NCBI GenBank assembly: GCA_032718475.1
Contig: JAUCBJ010009037.1
Coordinates: 1 to 64,000 of the forward strand
Direction: 5' to 3'
Length of the DNA stretch: 64,000 nucleotides
From: Nemertoderma westbladi
Taxonomy: Eukaryota; Animalia; Xenacoelomorpha
In this document: positions 25,484 to 37,663 of the stretch, piece after piece
Layout: each line of letters begins with the position of its first letter
Position numbering within the stretch: the first letter of the stretch is position 1
The notes under the pieces: model-generated
The model's database searches: none
The model's input: only the letters and a program-made list of their open reading frames with translations
What the model was told of the DNA's origin: nothing
Made by a program: the position numbers and the translations under genes

Positions 25484-27130
25484 GAGGTAGAATAAAACGT
25501 CTGTCCTTATCTGATCTGATCTGATCTGACGGTATCTGATCCTACAACCAATCAGGAGAAAGATATATAATATTTACCTAACTGTCTGTTAGGTAAATAG
25601 CCAATAGCTGAATAGGGGATCACGTTTCACGTTGCCTGTTTATTTATCAGTATTATCATATGACGTGGCAGTACAGGCATACCGGTATGCATCTAATGCA
25701 CAAAGGCATATTATTATATATTAAAAATGCGATATAGGATGAAAGATGGCAGGATTGTCCCAGCAAAGATGGATAGTTTCAGATGTAAACAACTTTCGTA
25801 GATTTAGTTGGTGTTGAAACATTAAACATTTATTAAAAACAATACAGCCTTTGCTGCAATATTTTCGTAAATCTTTCTTGTTAACCCTATTACCTTACCA
25901 CTGGGGTGTTTTGACCATTAGCACCACTGGGGGGGGGGGGGGGGATTCGGCCCACCCACTTTATTTTTGTAATCGTCCAATGAAATCCTACAAAATTTGG
26001 GCTGTTGGTGAAACAACTATAGATGAACACTCCCTACCAAACCTTAAAAAGTTAAAATTTCATAAGTAGGGACTCATAATTTTGATGAAAAATAAAGGTA
26101 ATCGAATGTGATTATATTCCATTTCCAAAAATTGAAGTGGATGCTATTTTTCGTGCACCTAAGAAGTGGGTGTGGCACTTCAAATTTTGAAAAATTAGAT
26201 ATTCAGAAAATGCCCCTAATTTTTTACTTCAACGCATCTTTATAGGTTTTCTGGGCCGCTGAATCGATTGAAAGTAATATAGAAGCCTGAAGACTTAGAG
26301 GTTAGCCATTTTTTGAAATCAAAACTTTTTGAAAAAAGATAAATTTAATAAAAAATCGACCGAAAAGTGAAATCCTGGTATTCTTTACATGGGCGAAGAA
26401 TACCAGACTTTATGCCGTTATATTTCACTTTGCAGTTACCCCCATGTGAAGAATACCAGGTTTTCACCAAAAACACAGGTTACAGAACGGCTGAATATAA
26501 CCAAAACAATAAACGAATTAGTATATTTACAGGTTATAAGACATAAATAAGCTCTATAATACACTCAATAAAGATAAATTAAAAAATAATTAAAATCTTC
26601 AAATATAAAATTCCAGTAAAAGTCGACTGAAAAGTGAAGTCCTGGTATTCTTCACATGGGCGGTATTCTTCACATGGACCGACACCAAAATTTGGCACCA
26701 GCCGCTAAAAACAAATTTAAGATTTCTAGCTTATTTTATTTGAATTCCTTTTAGTTCGTTTCAGTTAGTCTTTTAGTTAGTATCGTTAGTTTCAGAGCGA
26801 GAGGTGTTATATTGACCCCCCCCCCGGATTTAAGGGGAATACCGGGGAAACTTCACATACTGGTCGACAAGGGCAGAAAATCCAGTACTCATTTAGCTAC
26901 CATTTAAGGGTGCAAGGCAGAGATGCCTCGCTAAACCCTTCAAAACATTCGTGCCGAAACGAAAACTACCTTGGCCCCCACGCCGGGGTTGAACCCACAA
27001 CCTCCGAGATATGTGAATTCAATATAACCACTACACCAAGGTGCGCTCTGAACCAAGGTGGAACAAGTGTCAGATACCGTCAGATCAGATCAGATCAGAT
27101 CAGATAAGGACAGACGTTTTAGCCATCCTA
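25484..27130. mobile_element. MULE-like element with GATCA subterminal repeats
   Basis: TAAAACGTCTGTCCTTATCTGATCTG.. is inverted at 27070-27121. 9-bp TSD GCTGGAGGT at 25475-25483 and 27131-27139. Confidence 0.85.
26860..27046 (-). mobile_element. tRNA-derived SINE (5' part)
   Basis: The minus strand has an A-box TGGTGTAGTGG and B-box GGTTCAACCCC, followed by a non-tRNA body containing TAAATGAGTACTGG. Confidence 0.6.
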
Positions 27131-27199
27131 GCTGGAGGTTATGGTATTGTGTCTGGTTGTAGTGGAGTTGAAGTGATTGTGGTGGGTTATAATGGAGGT

Positions 27200-27615
27200 G
27201 AAGGGATTGTGACGGGTGGTAGTGATGGGATTGTGGCAGGTGGTAGTGATGGGATTGTGGCAGGTGGTAATGATGGGATTGTGGCAGGTGGTAGTGATGG
27301 GATTATGGCGGGTGGTAGTGATGGAATTGTGGCAGGTGGTAGTGATGGGATTGTGGCAGGTGGTAGTGATGGGATTATGGCGGGTGGTAGTGATGGGATT
27401 GTGGCAGGTGGTAGTGATGGGATTGTGGCAGGTGGTAGTGATGGGATTGTGGCAGGTGGAAGTGATGGGATTGTGGCAGGTGGTATTGATGGGATTATGG
27501 CGGGTGGTAGTGATGGGATTGTGGCAGGTGGTAGTGATGGGATTGTGGCAGGTGGTAGTGATAGGATTGTGGCAGGTGGTAGTGGATGTGATAGGATTGT
27601 GGCGAGTGGTAGTGG
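27200..27615 (+). repeat. 24-bp tandem repeat (GGGATTGTGGCAGGTGGTAGTGAT), ~16 copies
   Basis: Direct inspection. It encodes GIVAGGSD in the frame of the transposon-borne gene. Confidence 0.9.
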
Positions 27616-27955
27616 GGGGGAATATGGTTGATAGGAGTGGAGGTGGAAGAAAAATACGTCAGAAAATAACAGACCTCAAATATATAGAAAAACCGAATTC
27701 ACGTTCTAGCACTAATCATAAACGAAAGGGCACGTTAGTTGAGAAGGCAAATGAGTTAGATAGATTAACTCACACTGGAACTGATTTGCTTTTTTTTATC
27801 GTACCTGGAAAATAAAAAAAAATATAAGCTAACTGTCAAATCATCTACTCCAACAATTGATTCTAACAAAGAACCCCGCTCAATTCTAGGTGCGATTAAC
27901 ATGGATGTTATTAATAACACTATGTTTGAGACGCAAGCAGATGCACTGAAGACCT

Positions 27956-28450
27956 TTATGGAAGCTGGAAGCACAATGGTCCAATAAAATTGCTATTATG
28001 TAGGTAACATAACTGCTCCACTGATTTTATAATATTAAATTTTTTAGAGTTTGAAATATCAGGAAAGCACGAAAACGAAATGCCTGATAAATTGCAACAA
28101 AATTCGATTACAAATTCGTCAACCATTTTAATAATTTCATCTAGGGGAGGAAAATATCGGTACAATCCATTTAAAGATGTGACAGTTTTATCTAAGGAGT
28201 CAATGATCTTATTACTAAAGCTGTCCATAGAATATGTGGCTGCTGAAAGTGATAATTTCCCATCCTGGTAACATCCTTTACAAATATAACTCGCCCGCGA
28301 TTTTAGAGTCTTACTTTCTATTAAATGGCTAATTATCTTTTTATTAAATTTTCCATAAGTTTTTTCTGTTAATCGTATAAGTGATGCATTTGCGTCATCT
28401 TCGGCCTTACCACATGATCCACAAGATTTCTTATATAATGCCATCAGCAT
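27956..28450 (-). pseudogene. Possible N-terminal fragment of a DNA transposase (paired CxxC motifs)
   Basis: MALYKKSCGSCGK...YICKGCY resembles N-terminal Zn-binding modules of Chapaev/RAG1-like or Academ transposases. It starts just inside the right TIR and shows no catalytic core. Confidence 0.45.
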
Positions 28451-30254
28451 TAATGAACAAAGTATAAATAAATAAATTAATAAAATTAATAAATTGCTCT
28501 TAAAAGGATATAGAGATAGGCTGAGTTGAGTAGCGAATGCTAAAACTGCATAGGATCTACGGGGTCCCTCTCTACCTGCCTACAGTACAGCAGAGTACAT
28601 ATAGTGATACTGTAGATAAAAATTGTAATTTCCTATCAAAACTTACAGACTGAATACCGATGATAGTGATGTAGTGATTAAGTTTTACACATTTACAAAG
28701 AGACAGAGCTGATGTAGCTGTATGGCTACTAGTAATTGTGTTTTCACACTGTTGTTTGCATACAGCTTCCAATGTGGACTTAGGTAATCCGTAATCGTAG
28801 TCAATTCGTAGTCAATAACACTGCTATTTTAGGCAGTGCATGTTTCGGACTAGCAATTTATAATGTCCAATATCTCGAAAACCCAACCATGAAACTCTAC
28901 CGAATTTTGAATTTACCTCCAATATGTATCATATTTTCATCCAATGAAATAAAAATGGGGCCCTTCCTGCAGGAAGTGTATAAAAATTGAAATTTTATAC
29001 AAAATTTAGGGTAAAACTGCCTAATATGGCAGTGCAATTTTCAAAGATGGCAGTGCGCCTGTGCTGCCATTTCGGGCATGTGTTCCCTACTGCAAATTGC
29101 TTGTTTTTTTGAAAATTTCTGATGACAAAAATATTTTGGTTCCATGTATGAATAGGGCCTATGAAACCCTCAGACTTAAGACTTTTTGAGTTTCTGCCTT
29201 TAACTAAGCCGACAATAAAACTTCACTGCTGTCAGCTGTACTGACTAATAAGTTATAGTTCATATCCGTCAGTCGGTGAGAAGTCAAAAATTGGACTTGA
29301 GTCCAAAATTGGACTTCGACTCCAGTTCAAGTCCAAAATTGGACTTCTGTGAGTCCAATATTGGACTTCAAATCAGCCAATTGTTCCAGGGCCTTGGGTA
29401 ATAGGATCGGGCGGGATTTTTTTTCTTTAATCGAAAATATATCAAAAAATAAGAGTTTTAAACAGGCTGACAGGGGGACCTGAAATTCACCAGGCAGTCA
29501 CTGATCTATGCCAAAATTGGCATTTTTCAAAATTGGAAGTTTTCATGCCAAAATTGGAATTTTTGATATATTTTCTGTCCAGGGTCAGCCAATATTGGCT
29601 GGGGTTAACTAAATTTTGCAAAAATTATATTTTAATGCATTTAGAAACTTTTGACCGAGATAAAATAAAATTCACCATGCTTTTGGTTGTTTATGATAGA
29701 AATTTTGATACTGTAACCTCTAGTTCCAAAATTTGAAGTTTTTGACCTGCCGTTTTTGGCATTTTTTATTCTGATAGAGGAAGAGCAGCTGCAGACTAGC
29801 AGCACTAGCTGCAGAGAGTGGTTGTAGTTGCTGATTTGCAGGAATACATTGGTATATTACCGAACTTTTTTTGTAAATGTGTCACTGTCATGCTGTGAGG
29901 TGACATTCTCTGATTCTAGTGAGTTGCATGCGCTTAGTGCTGTTATTGTTATGTGTGTAGTGTACGGTAGGTACGGTGTACGGTCCCTACACATTATCAC
30001 ATTATCCATTTCAATACATTGTCTCTGTGTTTCTATACATTCTGACATTTTTTAACAATTCGCTATCAGCATCACCTGCTTAGCTTGAAGAAGACTCAGT
30101 TCCAGTTGTTGTGTTAGTGTTAATGGTAGGCCTAGTGTTAGTACTTCCAGACAGCCAGAGGTGGTCATTCATTACCAGTGCCTTTTGATTTATTAAATGC
30201 CGACTTTGTGCCACACATCTACCTGTCTACTGCATAAGTCCTACCTAAGTAACC

Positions 30255-30430
30255 ACTTTAGATCCTAGAGCACCTTAGATCCTGAACGAACTTAGATCTT
30301 GGGTGAACTTAGATCCTTCCCATTCGAACTTAGATCCTTCCCAGGCAGCCAGGCGAACTTAGATCCTTCCCATACGAACTTAGATCCTTCCCATATGAAC
30401 TTCGATCCTCAACATACAAACTTAGATTCC
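30255..30430 (+). repeat. Degenerate tandem repeat with core GAACTTAGATCCT
   Basis: About 9 copies spaced 14-26 bp apart. Confidence 0.75.
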
Positions 30431-31589
30431 ACCTTGCATATATCAGTATATCTGTATATTGCTGTACCATAGCCTGATAGCTGTGAAATAATTGTGAACT
30501 TGATGTGAAAACGTCATCCATACTGCCATAAAGCCAGCCGACCTTGCTGTAAATATTATCACACCTGGCAGCTTGAAGGGAAGCGAACTTTAGATCCTAC
30601 CACCATCTGACCATAATAATAATAAATAATACATTGCAACGAATTAGCTATTAATTTGCAAATTATAGTTTGTTGGTGAGTAACTAATCGCAACTACTCT
30701 GAGCAGCTGAGTGTATGACTTATTTGCATTAGATCATTATAAAGTACTTTTATATGCTTAATGTAATTTTGGACGTGACATTGAGAATCGAACTTAAAGG
30801 TACCTACATGAAATTGAAGCATGACAGATGAGAGACAGCCAGACAGCTGTTAAGTTATGGAAAGTTACCTTTGCAGCTCTGTATGTATCTTCAGTGTACT
30901 AGTACTGTAGTACTGTACTGACTGTACTGTACTTAGAATATAATGGTACATTCTAGCATTCTAGGTACTTTGTACTTTACTTTTAGCATATTCAGATATT
31001 GTTTAGTTCACAATTTACATTCATGTTATGTCTAACCTTACAGCCTTTATGTACCCAGGACTTTATAGTGTCTTTAGGACTAGATTAGATTATGCTCCAA
31101 CAAATATTTAATTACAAATTATATTTGGTGGATACTGATAGCAATGCCAGGTTAGCCAACTACAGCTGCTGCTAAGGCTAACTACAGTACAAGCTACGAT
31201 TTCGTCTAAGGCTATGGGAGCCCTATCAGAAAGAAATACTACAAGTTGATGCTACCACCATCTCTTCTAATTTTTCCATACAACAGGAAGGGTATTATAA
31301 AACAGCTGGATAACAGGATAATGAAATGGGATTAGTAACTGATTAACGCGTTGGGGTCTCCACATAATAAGTACAGAAGTAACAAGTAACACACATCATA
31401 ATCATAAACCAATTAAGGGAAAGGAACAGGTTACAGAGGCAGGCTTTTCTAACTAAAACAATAAACGGCCACTTTTGACTTTACCAATTGAAGGAGCCCT
31501 ATAACCTCACCACATACTACTACTACAATCAGCATGATTCATTGCAGCTGCAATATATATATCTGTATATAGCAGTATAGGCCCTATTA

Positions 31590-31940
31590 TGTATTAAGAA
31601 TGCTGTGCCGGCTTGTTGACAAAAGTGCGCCTCCACAACTCCCTTACACTCTTACAGCCTTATCACCCATGACATTTGCTAGATCATCCGCATCTTCAAG
31701 GCCAGTGTCCTTTAAGACAGTAAGAAAGATGCGTCTCAAGAAAGTTATGGGCTGTCCACCATGCTTATTCACTCCATGAGGTGCACTGGCTGGTCCTCAC
31801 GGCTTAAAGCGATGTCCTGCAAAGCGGAGGCGGCTTTGTTCTAGTGTCAAGCTTGGGGGAACCAATGACTGAATGAGACACCTCCAACTCCAATGTTATA
31901 TAGTGTCTGGTTGGAGATGCAGAGATGTGTGCATTGTACT
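31590..31940 (-). pseudogene. RTE LINE 3' fragment
   Basis: The minus strand reads RRLRFAGHRF...GGQPITF...DTGLEDAD, similar to the C-terminus of the RTE at 19262. Confidence 0.65.
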
Positions 31941-33679
31941 TGACTTGACACGGTGAACCTAATCAAAACAATTAGTCAATAAACATTAACTCAATAACAT
32001 AATAGGTTACAGTTTACAGTAGTCTTATTTTTGCCATACGAAAATACCACAGGTATGGCAGTATGGGTATGAATGAACTATACAGCTATAACTCAACTAC
32101 GCTACCACGGTATACACCGCTAAGGCAGTAAGGCTACCGCAAAGCTATACCACTAGCGCAAAAAGTAACTACTAATGTCAGACTGTACGTGTGCGATCCC
32201 TGTTTATTTATAATACATATAATACCGTAATTAATTTGATCATTAAAATAATGTTGCATTGTAATTGTGTAATATATATGTACTGATACGGGATGCAGTT
32301 TTGATTTAAATACCGATATACAGTATGGCAGCATGGGTACACTTGGAGTTGTACTAAAGTCCAATATTAGACTTTGGAGTCCAAAATTGGACTTGAAGTC
32401 TAAAATTGGACTTGAAGTCCAATTTTTGACTTCTCACTGACTGTCCGTACCTGTCTGCCTGTCAGCCTGTGCTGCTGTGGTATTTTCGTATTGCAAAAAT
32501 AAGACTATAAGTATGAAATACCCTATGTTATTGAGATATTGTTTATTGTTTTGGTTAGAAAAGCCCACCACTGTAACCTCAGAACCTGCTCCTTTCCGTT
32601 AATTAAGTAATGGAGATTAGTTTATTGTTTTGGTTAGAAAACACCACCACTGTAACCTGCTTCTTTTGCCACAGGTACCGGTACGCATATGAATGATAAC
32701 CGACTAATATTACCCTATCCCTTTTTAAAACAAAATTCAAATTGATTATTTTAATATATTGTAGGATTACCGGTATCTACTGATCTAACTGTCTAACCAG
32801 TGGTGTATAAAATACGGTCCTACGAATTACCAAAAAAAACACAAAATTACCCAAAAATACACAAAAAAATATAAAAAAAACACAAAAATTTACCCAAAAA
32901 ACACAATAAAACACAAAAAAACACAATATTACCCAAAAAAACTTACCCAAAAAGACAAAAAAAAATGTATATCCTATAACAGGCAGACAGGGGTATAGCT
33001 ATAGCAGTATAGGGTTGGAAAAATAAGACTGTAACCTGTGTTCTTTGGTTATCGTTTATTGTTTTGGTTATAAAAGCCTGCTACTGTCAGTTAGGGAACA
33101 TACCTTTAAATAAGCTCCAAAAGTAGGTTTTTATTTAAGGAAAATGGTTCTTATTTAGTGGTTTTTGGGCCTTTTTTGGATATTTTTTCGACATAATACA
33201 GTAATATGCAAGAACTTGTTTCAGGTAAAAATACTGCATAATTTTATTTCACAATATAAAAGTTGGGTCTTTCTTGAACATAATGCAAAAAACCAGGAAA
33301 CATTTCACCGTCCGGTTTTTTTTCTACAAGCGTTTTAAAATTGCATTAAAAATACGACCAGTTCCTAAATAAGAGGGATTTTTTAAATTTACCTTATTTA
33401 AGACATCGAAATTGTACACATAAATACTAAAAGTCCTTAAATAAGAACTTTCATATTTAGGTGTACAATTTCATTCCAAAATCTTCATACTCCTTAAATA
33501 AATTAAATATTTCTCATTTCTCATAATATATTAAATTAAATAAATTAAATTAAATATCCTTATATAATGTCTCTTATAACCTCGTCTCCCAGTCCCGTCC
33601 TCCTTCTGCCCTTAACTGCTTATGACAGTTATGACCTCCTAACTGCCTAACCTTGACAGGACATTGCAAGATGCAGAGA

Positions 33680-34102
33680 TAACAACGAGCAATAATGAGC
33701 AACAACGACTGAACGAGCAACAACGAGTTATATTGAGCAACAATGAGCAATAATAAAGTACAACAACGAGCAACAATGAGCAACAAGGACTGAACGAGCA
33801 ACAACGATTAATATTGAGCAACAACGAGCAACAATGAGCAATAATAAAGTACAACAACGAGTAACAATGAGGAACAACGATTGAACGAGCAATAATAAAG
33901 TACAACAACGAGCAACAATGAGCAATAATGAGCAACAACAAGCAATAATAGAGTACAACGAGCAATAATAAAGTACAACTAACGAGCAACAATGAGCACC
34001 AACAAGCAACAATGAACAACAACGAGCAACAATGAGCAACAATGACCAACAACGAGAAATAATAAAGCGCAATGAGCAGCAATGAGCAACAACGAGCAAC
34101 AA
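33680..34102 (+). repeat. AACAACGAGC/AACAATGAGC low-complexity array
   Basis: ~10-bp periodic degenerate repeat that produces the Leu/Cys-rich minus-strand ORFs. Confidence 0.85.
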
Positions 34103-34752
34103 ACTGCGTCGAACCGGATTGAATGTGGGGGAGAGCCACGTTCAAGTGAGCGATCTTTAGCATATGGGTGCTATTAACGAGTTGTCTGTCATCCTTATAA
34201 ATTTTTTATCGCTAATAACTCGGTCATTCCTTGATGAAATTAAACGAAACTTGGTATGTATGTAGTATGTCAAAAGATTAGAAATAATCTGAAGTTTGGT
34301 AAAAAACAAACGAACGCAATGAGGCAAATTAAGGAGACAAGTATTGTGTTGAACGACCTCTGAATAATGAAAGACAACATGTTAATGGGGTGGGGCCCCT
34401 ATCAGCTAGGGCTAACTAAGGCTTTGCTCACTTCATGCTGCGCAAAGGTCCCACGAATGTGTCCCACTTCTGCCTGAGCCAGTTGAGCCAAAACGTCATC
34501 CAGTCATCATCCTTAACCTTCATAACGTCTATCAGCTGCCCGACCGAACCATCTTTCATTATCATTTTACACATAATTATTATTAAAGGGATAACAATAC
34601 AGAACTATGATGCTATTTATGAATTATATGATTTTATCGATAACATTTATTTAGAAAATTTTAGAACACGATTGCATTTTATGCATTTTATATTCGATAT
34701 ATTTTTAATTTATGGCCAAACACTGTACAGTATTACAACTTTGCTATTTATG

Positions 34753-35459
34753 CGGTCAGCCTAAACACCCAACTACACCCAACTTTCACCCAACTACACC
34801 CAACTTTCACCCAACTACACCCAACTTTCACCCAACTACACCCAACTTTCAGCCAACTACACCCACACAGTTCCACCCCACTACACCCAACTTCCACTGC
34901 ACTTCCACTTCCACTCTGGATCCAACTTACACCAAACTATACCTACTGTATGGCACCAAATATTTAACAAATTATTATTAAATCAACATCCCAAAATTAC
35001 AGCATCCATAATGAAACGCCACATCGCCAAGTGATCCACATTAAAGCCCGATGGGAAACCCCACTTGGGATCCGACTATGTAGCAACACACCTAAAGGGT
35101 GTGACATATTCCCATTTATTTTCATAATTGCAGGGCAGTGATGGCAAAATACAGTACGAGTACATGCAACTGTTAAAAGTTCATATATCAGCAATTCCTC
35201 AAAGAAGTTCAGAGTTTGTTACTTTAGGCTACATATTGTAATTTGTGGAATTTTGGTGCCATGCAGTATAGTTTGGTGTAAGTTGGATGCTGTTGGGTTG
35301 AAGTTGGGTGTAGTTGCATAGTTGGGTGGAAGTTTGGTGTAGTTGGGTGTACAGTAGTTGGTGAAAGTTGGGTGTAGTTGGGTGAAAGTTGGGTGTAGTT
35401 GGGTGTGGTTGGGTGTAGTTGAGTGAAAGTTGGGTGTAGTTGTGTGTTTAGGCTGAACC
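34753..35459. mobile_element. MULE-like MITE with ACCCAACTACACCCAACTTTC subterminal arrays
   Basis: CGGTCAGCCTAAACAC / GTGTTTAGGCTGAACC. 9-bp TSD CTATTTATG at 34744-34752 and 35460-35468. Confidence 0.88.
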
Positions 35460-37663
35460 CTATTTATGGAATCGGTTATTATTGCAAATTTGTAATGGAA
35501 GAACTTATATTTTTGAAATTAGTACTGTTTGTTTTTTAAATAATCGTAAATTATTTTGTGATAACTTGATGTAATAATTTTAAATCCCTTGTATTTTTAA
35601 TGTGTGTTGTAAATATAAGTTTGTAATAATTAATTATTATTTGTATTTAAATAATGTGCAGAACTATACATTTGATTACGGTGCCCTCTGCATGACTAAT
35701 GTTAGAAGGGGGCACGTTAATAAGCCATTATTATTATTATTATTATTATTATATTATCTTTGTGCCTATTGACATGACATTGACATTGGTTTTTTTCACA
35801 CCTTTCAAGTACAACATTGTGGACAATCCATCTAAGTGGGGCGTAAAGCGGAGCAGAAGAGGAAATGCAGGACACAAGTTAGTTTTTCGAAACTGTGCGG
35901 CGATGTCCAGTTACTTGAGTCATGTCTCATCGAAATACGTGACAATGTATGTGCGCTCAGATGGGCGATGGTCTATTCTTTTGAATATCAATGGGCTATT
36001 CTATACTATCATGTGAGGTAAGAATGCCAGTGCTAGCAACTTCATTATGATACGATATTCTATAGAGGATTTATAGAGTGCAGTGCAACCATTGTCCTTA
36101 TCCTTAACCCAACAATTAGCAATATACAGACTGACATAAATCAAAGAATTATGAAAGAAGTGTAACACATACTGTAAGGAATAAGGAATATTTATTTTAT
36201 TTAAGGATTGTGCAGATTTTGGAATACAATTGTATTCCTAAATAAGAAACCCAGGTCAAAAAGTTCTTATTTAGGGACTTTCAGTATTTATGTGTACAAT
36301 TTCGATATCTTAAATAAGGTAAATTTAAAAAATCCCCCTTATTTAGGAACTAGTCGTATTTTTTATGCAATTTTAAAACGTTTGTAGAAAAAAAACCGGA
36401 CGGTGAAATGTTTTCTGGTTTTTTGCTTTATGTTCAAGAAAGACCCAACTTTTACATTGTGAAATAAAATTATGCGGTATTTTTTCCTGAAACAAGTTAT
36501 TGCATATTATATCGAAAAAATATCCAAAAAAGGCCCAAAAACCCCTAAATAAGAGCCATTTTCCTTAAATAAGAACCCACTTTTGGAGCTTATTTAAGGG
36601 TATGTTCCCTACTGACTGTAACCTGCTCCTTTCCATTAATTAAGAAATCTGATTTTGTATGCTGTCTGGCAGTCTGGGTGGGTAGGCTTACCGGTAAACC
36701 GGTAGCAGTAGGTCATTAAAGGAATCTTCAAATGAACAAAATGTAATATTTTGAAAAAAGTGAAAATTGACTGATTGAAAACTGAAAAGTGAAACTCTTC
36801 TTACAATTAATCTAAATCTTATTGTAGATACATTGTTTATGAAAAACATTTTTTTTTGTCTTTTTGGGTAGTTTTTTTGGGTAATACTGTAATATTGTGT
36901 TTTTTGTGTTTTTTGTGTCATTTTTTGTATTTTTTTGTGTTTTTTTTGTGTATTTTTTTTTTTTTTTGTGTAATATTGTTTTTTTTTTGGGTAATTCGTA
37001 GGTCCCTATAAAATATAATCTTGAACAAATGCAGCCCCATATCATTCTGTCATTTATCTAACCATCATATCAAATGAAATGAACTGATGAACCAATCAAG
37101 CTAAGGCAGTCAGGTCAATCTAATCAATCATTATACAAATACAGCCTGACATAAATAAATACTACAAAAATCTAGAAATAACATTCGAAAACCTGCAAAC
37201 ACTTTCAAAAACCTACAAAAACCTAACAAAAACCCAAAAACCTAATTTTTGTTTTGAAAAACCGAAGGTTTTTGCCAGCCCTGAGTGGGACTAGGCCCTT
37301 TTCACTGTGCCAGCGCTGTGTTCCGGTCTGGCAGTCTGGTAGTAGGCATAGGCCCTAATTGTTTTGTTTACGTCCCTGTTGCCTGTCACTGCTGTCAGTA
37401 ACGAATATGTAAAAGCAAAGCAAAGCAAAAAAATGAAAAGATTCCTTTCGAGATAAATGAAAAAACTACTTTCGAAAACAGTACGTAGGCCTACATACTA
37501 CGTAACGTATTATATGCTGAATACTGATGTAACTTGGCAGTTTCTTTTTACAGTTATAAAGTGCTTTAAGTCTTTAGGCCCCTATTTACCGCTATTAATT
37601 TATTCATTAATCTTCACTCTGTTACTGAGTAACCAATAACCATAGACTGATTGCTGGTAGATA

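Larger units (their letters stand above)
25041..27985 (+). pseudogene. Degenerate transposon-borne gene: acidic N-terminus, Gly-rich repeats, SRF/MADS-box-like domain
   Basis: MEDDEEALL... acidic start. Removing the 25484-27130 insertion restores frame (GNAGG|YGIV). GIVAGGSD repeats follow. After a G-run frameshift it reads RQKITDLKYIEKPNSRSSTNHKRKGTLVEKANELDRLTHTGTDLLFFIV. Confidence 0.55.
24122..29092. mobile_element. Long-TIR DNA transposon (CAGTAGGGAACA termini, 5-bp TSD), apparent internal-deletion derivative with two convergent gene remnants
   Basis: ~275-bp TIRs (24122-~24397 and ~28820-29092). TSD CAAAT at 24117-24121 and 29093-29097. Confidence 0.9.
29270..32443. mobile_element. Non-autonomous DNA transposon, CAGT termini, 5-bp TSD
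   Basis: CAGTCGGTGAGAAGTCAAAAATTGGACTT / AAGTCCAATTTTTGACTTCTCACTGACTG. TSD TCCGT at 29265-29269 and 32444-32448. GTCCAAAATTGGAC subrepeats. Confidence 0.88.
33088..36614. mobile_element. Long-TIR DNA transposon (CAGT(T)AGGGAACA termini, 5-bp TSD)
   Basis: ~360-bp TIRs. TSD ACTGT at 33083-33087 and 36615-36619. Inserted into a copy of the dispersed CACTGTAACCTGCTCCTTTCC repeat. Confidence 0.88.
32798..37010. mobile_element. Old TIR element with AAAAAACAC subterminal repeats
   Basis: CCTACGAATTACC plus A-rich repeats (32819-32965) are inverted at 36845-37005. The right terminus is eroded and there is no TSD. Confidence 0.55.
23987..37283. mobile_element. hAT non-autonomous element expanded to 13.3 kb by nested insertions
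   Basis: TIR CAGGGCTGGCAAA / TTTGCCAGCCCTG. Perfect 8-bp TSD AGTGGGAC at 23979-23986 and 37284-37291. TAGGTTTTT/AAAAACCTA subterminal repeats. Confidence 0.9.

Noticed and set aside
26965-27046. Functional tRNA gene
   Set aside because: A and B boxes are present, but no convincing cloverleaf could be formed and it runs into a SINE-like body inside a transposon.
33574-34163. Hydrophobic Leu/Cys-rich ORFs
   Set aside because: Reverse complement of the AACAACGAGC array.
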